This document shows positions 28,572 through 38,625 of a stretch of DNA of 64,000 nucleotides, piece by piece. Position 1 is the first letter of the stretch; the number at the start of each line of letters is the position of its first letter. The notes beneath the pieces are model-generated. The model was not told where the DNA came from and did not search any database. It was given only the letters and a program-made list of their open reading frames with translations. The translations under genes and the position numbers were made by a program. Source of the DNA: an uncultured Solirubrobacteraceae bacterium (GTDB taxonomy: Bacteria > Actinomycetota > Thermoleophilia > Solirubrobacterales > Solirubrobacteraceae); assembly GCA_963759265.1 (NCBI GenBank), contig CAVWYR010000002.1:311408-375407 (forward strand). The letters are read 5' to 3'.

Positions 28572-29015
28572 TCACGGAGCCTCGGGCACAGGGACGGCGA
28601 CCACCTCGAGCCCGTCGATGCCGCTGAAATCTCCCGGGTTGCAGGTGTAGATCGGCAGATCGTTGGCGATCGCGATGGCGGCGATCATCGCGTCGTAGGC
28701 GCGCGCGTTGGCCTTGCGACCGGAGCGCCGCAGCGAGACCGCGACACCTCCGAACGCCCGAGCGGCACCTGCATCGAAGGGGAGCGGCTCGAAGTCAGCC
28801 TCGGCCTGCTGAAGATGGGCTTGACGAGCAGCGCGCTCGCTCTCCTCAGCGGCCAAGAGCGGGCCAACGGAGAGCTCCGCGAGGGTCACAGCGGTGATCA
28901 GGGGCTCGGCCGGCAATGCTGTCTCGTCGCTGAGGCGCTGCAGGAAGATCACCGTTGAGGTGTCGAGGATCCCACGAACCGACCGTGCCGCCGACACGCC
29001 GGATGATGCGCTCAC
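28572..29015 (-). CDS. vapC: PIN-domain ribonuclease toxin VapC
   Basis: 147 aa with ILDTSTVI (first acidic residue), ...TAVTLAEL..., ...YDAMIAAIAI... and NPGDF. The GTG start overlaps the antitoxin stop (GTGA). Confidence 0.8.
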   Translation of the reverse strand: MSASSGVSAARSVRGILDTSTVIFLQRLSDETALPAEPLITAVTLAELSVGPLLAAEESERAARQAHLQQAEADFEPLPFDAGAARAFGGVAVSLRRSGRKANARAYDAMIAAIAIANDLPIYTCNPGDFSGIDGLEVVAVPVPEAP

Positions 29016-29248
29016 AGGCTCATGTCGAGCAGCCGGTCGATGTCGGCACGCAGGGCGCTCGGATCGACTGCGGGCAGCTGACGCCAGTTGCTCAAGATTG
29101 CGCCAGCAGCAAGTGGGGAGCGCGATATCGCACGCAGTTCGGCTACCGCCCTCCCGGAGCGCGTGATCGTGATCTGCTCCCCCCGCGTGGCTCGATCGAC
29201 CACCTCGCCCCCGTGATTGCGCAGATCGCGAATGCTGACGTCAGCCAT
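29012..29248 (-). CDS. vapB: Phd/YefM-type antitoxin (VapB)
   Basis: MADVSIRDLRNHGGEVVDRATRGEQITITRSGRAVAEL..., 78 aa from ATG 29248. Confidence 0.8.
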   Translation of the reverse strand: MADVSIRDLRNHGGEVVDRATRGEQITITRSGRAVAELRAISRSPLAAGAILSNWRQLPAVDPSALRADIDRLLDMSL

Positions 29249-29252
29249 CACC

Positions 29253-29280
29253 GAGAGTGTATCACGCGTGATACACTCTC
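29253..29280. promoter_or_regulatory. Perfect 28-bp palindrome, candidate VapB(C) autoregulatory operator
   Basis: GAGAGTGTATCACG|CGTGATACACTCTC (14+14, no mismatch). It begins 5 nt upstream of the vapB ATG. Confidence 0.6.
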
Positions 29281-29319
29281 GGAAGCGGGCTCCTGGGGCC
29301 TCCTTGCCCGTTGACACCT

Positions 29320-29838
29320 TCAGCCCGCGCGCGCCTGAGCCTCGGCGATCTCCTGGACCGCCTCGGCCCGCGATTGCCAGCCGCCGATGATCACCTCCTT
29401 GCCTTCGAGGTCCTTGTAGATCGAGAAGAACTGCTCGATCTCCTGGCGCAGCGGCAACGGCAGGTCGTCGAGCTCCTGATACTCGTTCCAGTATGGATCG
29501 TTGAGTGGAACGCAGATGATCTTGTCGTCGATCCCCTTCTCATCGCGCATCATGAACATGCCGACCGGCTTGACCGGTATCAGACAGCCGGGGAACGTGG
29601 GCTCGGAAAGACACACGAGCGCATCGAGCGGGTCTCCATCCTGCCCCATCGTCTCGCGCAGGTACCCGTAGTCGGTCGGATAGGTCGCGGCGCTGATCAG
29701 CAGGCGGTCGAACTTGATACCGCCCAGGTCGGGGTCGTGCTCGTACTTGTTGCGCCCCCCCTTCGGGATCTCCACAACGCAGATCAGCGCTTGCTCTGGC
29801 GGGCTCGTCGACTCGTTCTCTGCTCGCGCGGGCATCAC
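29320..29838 (-). CDS. ppa: Inorganic pyrophosphatase (family I)
   Basis: VVEIPKGGRNKYE, YPTDYGYLRETMGQDGDPLD and MRDEKGIDDKII. 172 aa. Confidence 0.92.
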   Translation of the reverse strand: MMPARAENESTSPPEQALICVVEIPKGGRNKYEHDPDLGGIKFDRLLISAATYPTDYGYLRETMGQDGDPLDALVCLSEPTFPGCLIPVKPVGMFMMRDEKGIDDKIICVPLNDPYWNEYQELDDLPLPLRQEIEQFFSIYKDLEGKEVIIGGWQSRAEAVQEIAEAQARAG

Positions 29839-29889
29839 CGTTGAAAGCTACCGGCATGCCGCCCGAGGATGCGCCCACTGTCGAGCGTC

Positions 29890-31356
29890 CTACGCCGCCG
29901 GCGAGCCGGGGCCGACCAGCTCGGCCGATGCCTGTGCTCTGCCGGACTTCTCCTTGTAGAGATCGAGATCGGCGGCGTGGGTGATCTCGTCGGGGCTCGT
30001 GAGCGTCGCGGTAGCGCAGCCGATGCTCATTCTCACCCCGTCGGGAAGCCCGATGTCGCTCAGCTTGGCTCGCGGTGCCGCCGCACGCAGGCGGGTGACG
30101 ACGGCACGGGCTTGGCTCGCGTCGGCGATCGGCAGCACGACGATGAACTCGTCTCCGCCCCAGCGACCGGGCAGATCCTCGGCACGCAGTGCCTCACGCA
30201 GACAGTCGGCGACGGCACGCAGCACGCGATCGCCGGCGGCATGCCCGTAGCGGTCGTTGGTCTCCTTGAAGCGGTCGAGGTCGATCATCAGCAGGGACAT
30301 CGGCTCACCGTGGCGGCGAGCGTACGCCGTCGCTCGCGTCAAGTGCTCCTCGATCGCGCGACGATTGGGCAGAGCGGTGAGCGCGTCAGTGCGCGCGCTC
30401 GTGGCCATCCTTTGCGAGAGGGCACTGAGACGCGCGAACAGAGTCACGAGCGCGACCCCGAGGATACTCACGAGCGCGAAAACGATCCAGGGGATCCACT
30501 TCGTCCATCCGTCGACGGAGACGTAGAGCTTGCTGTCGGGGACGGCGATCACCAAGCGCCAAAGAGTTCCCGGCACCTGCAGAGCAGTAAACGTGCTCGG
30601 CGTGCGCGCTCCCGGCACAGGGCCGAGCGAGGAACGCGCGATCGCCCGTGCAAGCAGTGGGTCGGCGCCGCTCAGCGTGGCCGCGTGCTGCTGTGGGCTC
30701 GCCGCTATCAGGCGGTCGGCGGAGTCGATGAGGAATACCTTGTGTTGGCGATAGGTGATCGTGTGGGCGACAAACGCTTCGAGCGTGGAGCCGTACACGC
30801 CGTAGGCCGCGCTGAACACGCGTCGGCCACGGGTGCTGGCGAACGGCACGGCGATCGCAGTGACGGGCAGGTGCTGCGCGGCTGACGGAACGACATTGGA
30901 GATCGCGACCTGGCCGCGCTCGGCGGCGGCGAGGTGCGCGTATCGCCCTGCGATCGGCTTTCCGAGCAAAGAGCGATCGGCGGGGACGATGTCGAGCACG
31001 CGCCCCGTGGAGTCCAACAGCACGGCGGCACCGCTGCCGAACGCGGCGACGACTCCCTGGAAGCGTTCGTGCGAGACGTGAGGCACGGCGAGCAGCTGTT
31101 GCGCCGCATCGGTCTCGCGATCTGCCTGCTGGGAAACGAAGGTCGAGACGAACGTCGCCGAGGTCATGCCTCGCAGCGCGAAGTTGCTCAGGATGTGCGA
31201 GCGCGACTGGCGCTGGGTGAGCACGATGCCCACGGCGATCATCCCCAGCAGCACCGCCAGCAGCACGGTTGCGAGCACGGTCGCCCTACGGCGCAACAGC
31301 GCCAGCGACGCAGTCCACGCAGACGGGGCACTCCTATTGGCAGCGGCGAGGCTCAT
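29890..31356 (-). CDS. Membrane-bound diguanylate cyclase: TM, periplasmic Cache-like sensor, TM, GGDEF
   Basis: GGDEF motif in GRWGGDEFIVVL with an RxxD I-site (RAED) just upstream. Two TM segments flank a ~260-aa extracytoplasmic domain. ATG 31356; the track ORF to 32424 is over-extended. Confidence 0.85.
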   Translation of the reverse strand: MSLAAANRSAPSAWTASLALLRRRATVLATVLLAVLLGMIAVGIVLTQRQSRSHILSNFALRGMTSATFVSTFVSQQADRETDAAQQLLAVPHVSHERFQGVVAAFGSGAAVLLDSTGRVLDIVPADRSLLGKPIAGRYAHLAAAERGQVAISNVVPSAAQHLPVTAIAVPFASTRGRRVFSAAYGVYGSTLEAFVAHTITYRQHKVFLIDSADRLIAASPQQHAATLSGADPLLARAIARSSLGPVPGARTPSTFTALQVPGTLWRLVIAVPDSKLYVSVDGWTKWIPWIVFALVSILGVALVTLFARLSALSQRMATSARTDALTALPNRRAIEEHLTRATAYARRHGEPMSLLMIDLDRFKETNDRYGHAAGDRVLRAVADCLREALRAEDLPGRWGGDEFIVVLPIADASQARAVVTRLRAAAPRAKLSDIGLPDGVRMSIGCATATLTSPDEITHAADLDLYKEKSGRAQASAELVGPGSPAA

Positions 31357-31560
31357 GGCTTGGGGGCGCTGCTGGCCGCTTGCGGGGAGCTGGGGGACGG
31401 CAACACCTCCCGATCGGCGGGGAGCGACGCTCGCGTACACGAGAAAGCAAGGGGACTGGACGAGCGTACTAGCCGGGCGACGGAGCTCGTCGCGGTGCGT
31501 GCACGGCCCGCCCGAGCGGAGCCACGCCTGCGAGCACAGCATCCGTACGATCCCGGCTGA

Positions 31561-32208
31561 ATGCCCGGACCGCCGACCAAACACGTGCGCCATCCATTGT
31601 TCGCCCGCGTCTATGAGCGGATCGCGATCGTCGGCGAGAAGCGGGGGACGGGCGAGCACCGGCGCGCGCTGCTCGACGGCTGCGCGGGACGCGTGATCGA
31701 GGTGGGCGCCGGCAGCGGCGCGAACTTCGCGTACTACCCGACGTCGGTCAGCGAGGTCCTCGCGATCGAGCCCGAGAGCTACCTGCGCGCGCAGGCACGC
31801 CGCGCCTGTCTCGATGCCCCGGTCCCGGTCTCTGTCGCCGACGGGAACGCCGATCGCTTGTCGGTGGCAGCTGCGTCCTTCGACGTTGGCGTTGTCTCGC
31901 TGGTGCTCTGCTCCGTCGCCGACCAGCAGCGAGCGCTCGCTGAGCTCTTTGGCGCGATTCGCCCGGGCGGTGAACTGCGCTTCTATGAGCACGTCGTCGC
32001 TCACACGTCCCGCCAGGCTGGAGCGCAGCGCCTGGCCGACGCAACATTCTGGCCGCATATCGCGGGCGGCTGTCACCTCGCTCGCGACACGACACGCGCG
32101 ATCGAGCTCGCCGGCTTTGAGATCGAGACCTGCCGACGCTTCGCCTACAGTCCGGCGCCGTTGACCCCCAGGCTGCCCCACATCCTCGGTCGCGCGATCC
32201 GACCCTGA
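31561..32208 (+). CDS. Class I SAM-dependent methyltransferase
   Basis: Motif [13 protein letters not shown] and post-I/motif II ...[13 protein letters not shown].... 215 aa. Confidence 0.8.
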   Translation: MPGPPTKHVRHPLFARVYERIAIVGEKRGTGEHRRALLDGCAGRVIEVGAGSGANFAYYPTSVSEVLAIEPESYLRAQARRACLDAPVPVSVADGNADRLSVAAASFDVGVVSLVLCSVADQQRALAELFGAIRPGGELRFYEHVVAHTSRQAGAQRLADATFWPHIAGGCHLARDTTRAIELAGFEIETCRRFAYSPAPLTPRLPHILGRAIRP

Positions 32209-32284
32209 GGCACCAATTGCCCGCGCCCACGAGCCGCCGAGCCGCGCTTCGGCGGCGGCGCCATCCGTGTCAAGCTGGCGGCGG

Positions 32285-33064
32285 ATGAGTCCGCGCGCGA
32301 TCCGCTCCTGGCTGATGGACATGGACGGCGTGCTCGTGCGCGAGGAGCAGCCGATCCCCGGCGCCGACCGCTTCCTCGCACGCCTGCGCGAGCTCGGCGC
32401 ACCCTTCCTCGTGCTGACGAACAACTCGATCTACACGCCGCGCGACCTGGCCGCGCGCCTGGCGGCAAACGGCCTGCAGGTTCCCGAGCAGGCGATCTGG
32501 ACATCGGCGCTGGCGACCGCCCGCTTCCTCCGCGACCAGCGGCCGGGCGGCTCGGCGTTCGTGATCGGCGAGTCCGGGCTGACGACAGCGCTGCACGACG
32601 CCGGCTACACGCTGACCGAGCGCTCGCCCGACTATGTGGTGCTCGGTGAGACGCGAACCTATTCGTTCGAGCGCATCACCAGGGCGATCCGGCTGATCGC
32701 CGGCGGCGCGCGCTTCATCGCGACCAACCCCGACGCCACGGGGCCGTCGCTCGACGGTCCGCTGCCAGCGACCGGGTCGGTCGCCGCGCTGATCAGCCGC
32801 GCGACGGGTGTCGAGCCCTACTACGTCGGCAAGCCCAACCCGCTGATGATGCGCTCGGCGCTGAACGCGATCGACGCGCATTCCGAGACGGCGGCGATGA
32901 TCGGCGACCGCATGGACACCGACATCGTCTCCGGGCTCGAGGCCGGCATGGAGACGATCCTCGTGTTGACGGGCGTCACCACTCGCGAGGAGGCGGAGCG
33001 TCACCCTTATCGCGCCGCGCGCATCCTCGAGACGATCGCCGATCTGCTCGACGACCTCGGCTAG
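32285..33064 (+). CDS. HAD-IIA family hydrolase (NagD-like)
   Basis: WLMDMDGVL (DxDG nucleophile motif), VLTNNS and [11 protein letters not shown] 32285; GTG 32267 is possible. Confidence 0.82.
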   Translation: MSPRAIRSWLMDMDGVLVREEQPIPGADRFLARLRELGAPFLVLTNNSIYTPRDLAARLAANGLQVPEQAIWTSALATARFLRDQRPGGSAFVIGESGLTTALHDAGYTLTERSPDYVVLGETRTYSFERITRAIRLIAGGARFIATNPDATGPSLDGPLPATGSVAALISRATGVEPYYVGKPNPLMMRSALNAIDAHSETAAMIGDRMDTDIVSGLEAGMETILVLTGVTTREEAERHPYRAARILETIADLLDDLG

Positions 33065-33111
33065 CGACCGGCAGTGGGCAGCGACCGGCGCCCGCACCGC
33101 GCCGGCGCCGG

Positions 33112-34642
<1,531 letters not shown>

Positions 34643-34975
34643 TCAGCCAGATCACGCAGCCACGAGGCTGCCCTGCCGCGGCCGTGCGAGCTTGGCAGAT
34701 GTGCGCTGATCGGGCGGCGGCGCGCGGAGGACCAAGCGCTGCTCGCTGCTGGAGACCCCGATAGGCCCTGCCTATCGCAGGGTCGCCAATGTCTATTTGA
34801 CTGTGCACCTCGGCGCGATCAATCTCCCCCGCGACGGTTTCCTCATTATGTCGATTGTCTTCGTTGGATATGCGTCGCCGCGGGGCATCCGCGCCGGGCG
34901 CTGTCAGCGGGAAAAGCCGACGGGGAGTGAAGCTCTTGTCAACGATCGCTCAACCAAAAAGGAGACCACGAAGCG

Positions 34976-36196
34976 ATGAGCACCCTCCAACAAGCACCCG
35001 CTCGGGCAAAAGCCGGCATCGACCTCGACGACCCGATCGCCGTGGCGAGCGAGCTGCGCGACCAGTTTCGCGTCGGCGCCGCCGAGCGCGATCTCAAGCG
35101 GCAGTTCCCTCACGAGCAATGCGCCGCCTTCCGCGCCTCAGGGCTGCTCGGATTGATGGTCCCACGCGAGTTCGGCGGCCACGGTGGCACCTTCAGCGAG
35201 TTGATGCGAGTCGTGATCCTGATCTCCGCGGGCGACTCGAACATCGGGCAGATGTACCAGTTGCACACCGGCGGCATCAGGCTGCTCGAAGAGTTCGCCC
35301 CGCCCGAGGTGCAGGCCAAGTGGCTGCCGCGCTTCGCCAACGGCGAGCTGTGGATCGCCAACGCCTACTCGGAGATCGGCACGCCGAGCGTCAACGACTT
35401 CAACACGACCGTTCGCAAGGTCGACGACGGCTGGCGCCTGAACGGGACCAAGTTCTACTGCACCGGCAGCCTCGCCGGGGATGTCACCTTCGGGCCCTGC
35501 CGCGTCGCCGACTCCGATGAGGTGCGCGTGTTCTTCACCAAAACCGACGCCGGCGGTGTGACCATCCACGACGACTGGAGCGGCTTCGGCCAGCGCACCA
35601 CGGCGAGTGGCACAACCGACTTCAAGGATGTGTTCATCCCCGACGAGCTGTGCCTGTCCACCGCGCAGGACGGCGGCGGTGGAGGCGGGCAGATCACGTC
35701 GCTGAACTATCAGGCGGTGCACACAGGAGTCTTCGTCGGGATCGCGCAGAACGCCCTCGACGACGCCGTCGATTTCATCCAGACGCGGGCCCGCGTGTGG
35801 TATGAGAGCGACGCGTCCAGCGCCAGCGAGGACGCCTACACGAAGCTTCGCGTAGGCGAGATGAAGACCGCCGTGCTGGCAGCCGATCTCTTGGCGATGC
35901 GAGCGGCCGAGCTGTGCGATGACGCGGTCGAGCATCCGGGCGACCTCGAGCGCAGGGGCCTCGCCTCGGTCGTGACCGGAGAGGCGCGACGCGCGGGCGC
36001 CGACGCGGCATTGGAGGTCGGATCGACGCTCTTCAAGGTCTGCGGCGCAGGGAGCGTGCTCGAGCGCTACGGCTTCGACAGGCATTGGCGCAACGCGCGC
36101 ACGCTGTCACTGCACAACCCGCTCGACTTCAAGTCGATGCACGCCGGCGACTACCTCCTCAACGACCGGCTCCCCCCGGTCGACTCCTACAACTAG
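34976..36196 (+). CDS. Acyl-CoA dehydrogenase-fold flavoprotein, SfnB/MsuC/DszC-like sulfur-acquisition oxidoreductase
   Basis: 406 aa, paralogous to 42840..44060 (shared ...GTKFYCTGS..., DDWSGFGQRTTASGT, FDRHWRNARTLSLHNP). AGGAG lies upstream. Confidence 0.75.
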   Translation: MSTLQQAPARAKAGIDLDDPIAVASELRDQFRVGAAERDLKRQFPHEQCAAFRASGLLGLMVPREFGGHGGTFSELMRVVILISAGDSNIGQMYQLHTGGIRLLEEFAPPEVQAKWLPRFANGELWIANAYSEIGTPSVNDFNTTVRKVDDGWRLNGTKFYCTGSLAGDVTFGPCRVADSDEVRVFFTKTDAGGVTIHDDWSGFGQRTTASGTTDFKDVFIPDELCLSTAQDGGGGGGQITSLNYQAVHTGVFVGIAQNALDDAVDFIQTRARVWYESDASSASEDAYTKLRVGEMKTAVLAADLLAMRAAELCDDAVEHPGDLERRGLASVVTGEARRAGADAALEVGSTLFKVCGAGSVLERYGFDRHWRNARTLSLHNPLDFKSMHAGDYLLNDRLPPVDSYN

Positions 36197-36249
36197 CGGC
36201 GCACGCGAGGGCGGGCGCGATAACCACCACTCAAAGGAGGCAAGATCAA

Positions 36250-36885
36250 ATGTCGTCCGTAGGGCTCATGTTCGTAGGCGCCGTGTTGTTCGTCAACGGC
36301 CTGTTGTTCCTGGGCAAGGTCGATGCGAAGAGCGCAGGCGTGTTCAACCTGTTCGTCGGCGGCCTGCAGACGGCGATCCCGTTCTACCTGATCTCCCATG
36401 CCAAGACGCCTGACGAAATCCTGCTCGCGTCAGGGATCTTCCTGTTCGGCTTCACCTACCTGTACGTCGGCGTCTGCAACCTCGCCGGCTACCAACCGCT
36501 CGGGCTGGGCTGGTATTCCGCCTGGGTCGCGATCATGGCGTGCGCCTTCGGCGTCACCGACATCGTCAAGTTCAACGATCCGACGATTGGCCTGTTGTGG
36601 CTGCAGTGGTCGGTGCTGTGGGGCATGTTCTTCCTGGTGCTCGGTCTCGGCATCGAGCGCCTCACCGCCCTCGCCGGCTGGGCCACCCTGATCCTCTCGT
36701 TCACCACCTGCACGATCCCCGGATTCCTGCTGCTGCTCGGTGAGTGGGAGGGCGTTCACACCTGGCTCGTTCTCGCCGTCATCGCGGGGACCGTCGCGGC
36801 GCTCACGCCGATCGCGCTGCGCAGCGCGCGCTCGCCTGCCCTCACTCGCCGAGCCGAGGCGGAGGTGGCGGTCTCCGTCGGATAA
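36250..36885 (+). CDS. AmiS/UreI family channel/transporter
   Basis: MSSVGLMFVGAVLFVNGLLFLGKVD...NLFVGGLQ...FGFTYLYVG...; six TM segments typical of AmiS/UreI. AAAGGAGG lies upstream. Confidence 0.8.
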   Translation: MSSVGLMFVGAVLFVNGLLFLGKVDAKSAGVFNLFVGGLQTAIPFYLISHAKTPDEILLASGIFLFGFTYLYVGVCNLAGYQPLGLGWYSAWVAIMACAFGVTDIVKFNDPTIGLLWLQWSVLWGMFFLVLGLGIERLTALAGWATLILSFTTCTIPGFLLLLGEWEGVHTWLVLAVIAGTVAALTPIALRSARSPALTRRAEAEVAVSVG

Positions 36886-37178
36886 CGCTACGGCAGGTGG
36901 CTTTAGGTGTATGCCGGGCGGCTCGTGACTGAGCGAGCCGCTCGGTCTGGGGTATCTGCAGTAGAGTCGCCGCGGAAGGCGGGCCCGGGAGCGGCGGTGA
37001 GATCTACAACGTGGAAGGCTTCGGGGAACCGTTCACGTTCACCCGATCGGTTGTCTTCCTCAACGGTCCAGAAAACTGCCACTCCACGATCGAGTGTCCC
37101 GTTTAGCCCCGGCAAGCGGCGACCGATTATCGATCCAAGGCCGCGCAAGCTTCGCCGATCGACCCAGGAGGAATCACG

Positions 37179-37571
37179 ATGAGCACCACCCAGCTGGTAA
37201 CCGGCGTCGACTTCGTCGCCATGCCGACACGCGATATGGAGACGGCGGTTGAGTTCTACGGCTCGACCGTCGGCCTGGCGCGATCGGTGTACATAAAAGA
37301 CCGTCACTACGCAGAGTTCGAGACGGGCAACCTGACACTGAGCGTGTTCGACCCCGAGAAGATGGGCCTCGAGCACAACGTCAATCCCAACGCACTGGCA
37401 CTGCACGTCGACGATGTCGCGCAGGCGCGGGCGGCACTAGAGGAGCGCGGTGTCGAGTTCGCAGGCGAGACGCTCGACACCGGCGTCTGCCACATGGCGT
37501 TCTTCGCCGATCCCGACGGAAACGGGCTGATGCTGCACCACCGCTACGCCCCGCGCGGACCGGATGCCTAG
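37179..37571 (+). CDS. VOC (glyoxalase/bleomycin resistance/dioxygenase) family protein
   Basis: 130 aa, ...FVAMPTRDMETAVEFY...HMAFFADPDGNGLML. AGGAGG lies upstream. Confidence 0.8.
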   Translation: MSTTQLVTGVDFVAMPTRDMETAVEFYGSTVGLARSVYIKDRHYAEFETGNLTLSVFDPEKMGLEHNVNPNALALHVDDVAQARAALEERGVEFAGETLDTGVCHMAFFADPDGNGLMLHHRYAPRGPDA

Positions 37572-37686
37572 CAGGCTCCGATCTCCTGCATGAGCGCACC
37601 CAAGCGCTTCCTGTATCGTCCGCGCCGTGGGTAACGGAATTGGTGAGCCCTCTGCGCAGCAGGAAGTACGCCCTCTGAAAGTCGTG

Positions 37687-38508
37687 ATGGACGCCGCCCT
37701 CGGGCTCGTCCCGTGGCTGCGACCCCGGGCGGAAAAGCTCGGTTGGCGGATTCTCTACGAGATCGTGGCGCTGCGGGGAGGGCGGCCGATCGCAGGCGGC
37801 GGCTTCAACTACGGGTACGTCGCACCCGATCGGGACGCGGCCGACACGAGCGGCAACCAGGCTGGGCTGGACCTGTACGCGGCGACCATCGGCGAGGCCG
37901 ATCTCAGCGGCAAGGACGTCCTCGAGGTCGGTTGCGGCCCCGGCCACGGCTGCGCGTTCGTCGCCGAGCGGTATCGACCACGCTCGGTCACCGGCCTCGA
38001 CCTCGCGTATCTGGGAGTGCGGCGCTGCCGGCGCAGGCACGTCCGCGCCGGCCTGAAGTTCGTGGCCGGCGACGCCGAGCGACTGCCGTTCGCCGATGCC
38101 AGCTTCGACGCGGTGATCAACGTCGAGTCCTCGCACTGCTACCCGCACATGACGAAGTTCCTCGCGGAGGTCCGGCGGGTGCTGAGGCCCGGCGGGCTGC
38201 TGCTGGTCGCCGACCTGCGGCCCACGGCCAACCCGCCTTCGCAGGGCGTGCAGAAAGACGACCTGCCTGAGCTGCGCCGGCAGCTGCAGAGCTCGGGGCT
38301 GCGGACCCTCCATGAGCAGGACATCACCGCCGAGGTCCTCAGAGCCATGATCCTGACGACGCCGTCGGTGCGCGCCTACGTCAGCCGCGCGCCCAAGCGC
38401 CTTCAGCGTGAGGCCTTCGACTACTCCGGCAGCGAGGGCAGCCTCCGCTTCCGCGAATTCCAGGATGGCACCCTCACCTACGCCAGGTTCGCGCTCGAGA
38501 AGGCCTAG
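37687..38508 (+). CDS. Class I SAM-dependent methyltransferase (Methyltransf_11-type)
   Basis: VLEVGCGPGHG, FDAVINVESSHCY and LRPGGLLLVAD. ATG 37687; the track start GTG 37627 is possible. Confidence 0.78.
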   Translation: MDAALGLVPWLRPRAEKLGWRILYEIVALRGGRPIAGGGFNYGYVAPDRDAADTSGNQAGLDLYAATIGEADLSGKDVLEVGCGPGHGCAFVAERYRPRSVTGLDLAYLGVRRCRRRHVRAGLKFVAGDAERLPFADASFDAVINVESSHCYPHMTKFLAEVRRVLRPGGLLLVADLRPTANPPSQGVQKDDLPELRRQLQSSGLRTLHEQDITAEVLRAMILTTPSVRAYVSRAPKRLQREAFDYSGSEGSLRFREFQDGTLTYARFALEKA

Positions 38509-38625
38509 CGGCTGCGCCGGCGGTGGGCGCTCGGCGCAACCTCCGACCCGGGCGCAGCGCTCTCGCCGTGGTAGGCTTGCGCGATTCCCGAGCTTTATGA
38601 TCGAAATTGTTGACGGCGCGTCCCG

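Noticed and set aside
36903-37406. The 167-aa minus-strand ORF spanning the 36886-37178 spacer and the 5' part of the VOC gene.
   Set aside because: It is antisense to a well-supported VOC gene, has no recognisable domain, and its composition is poor in the spacer part.
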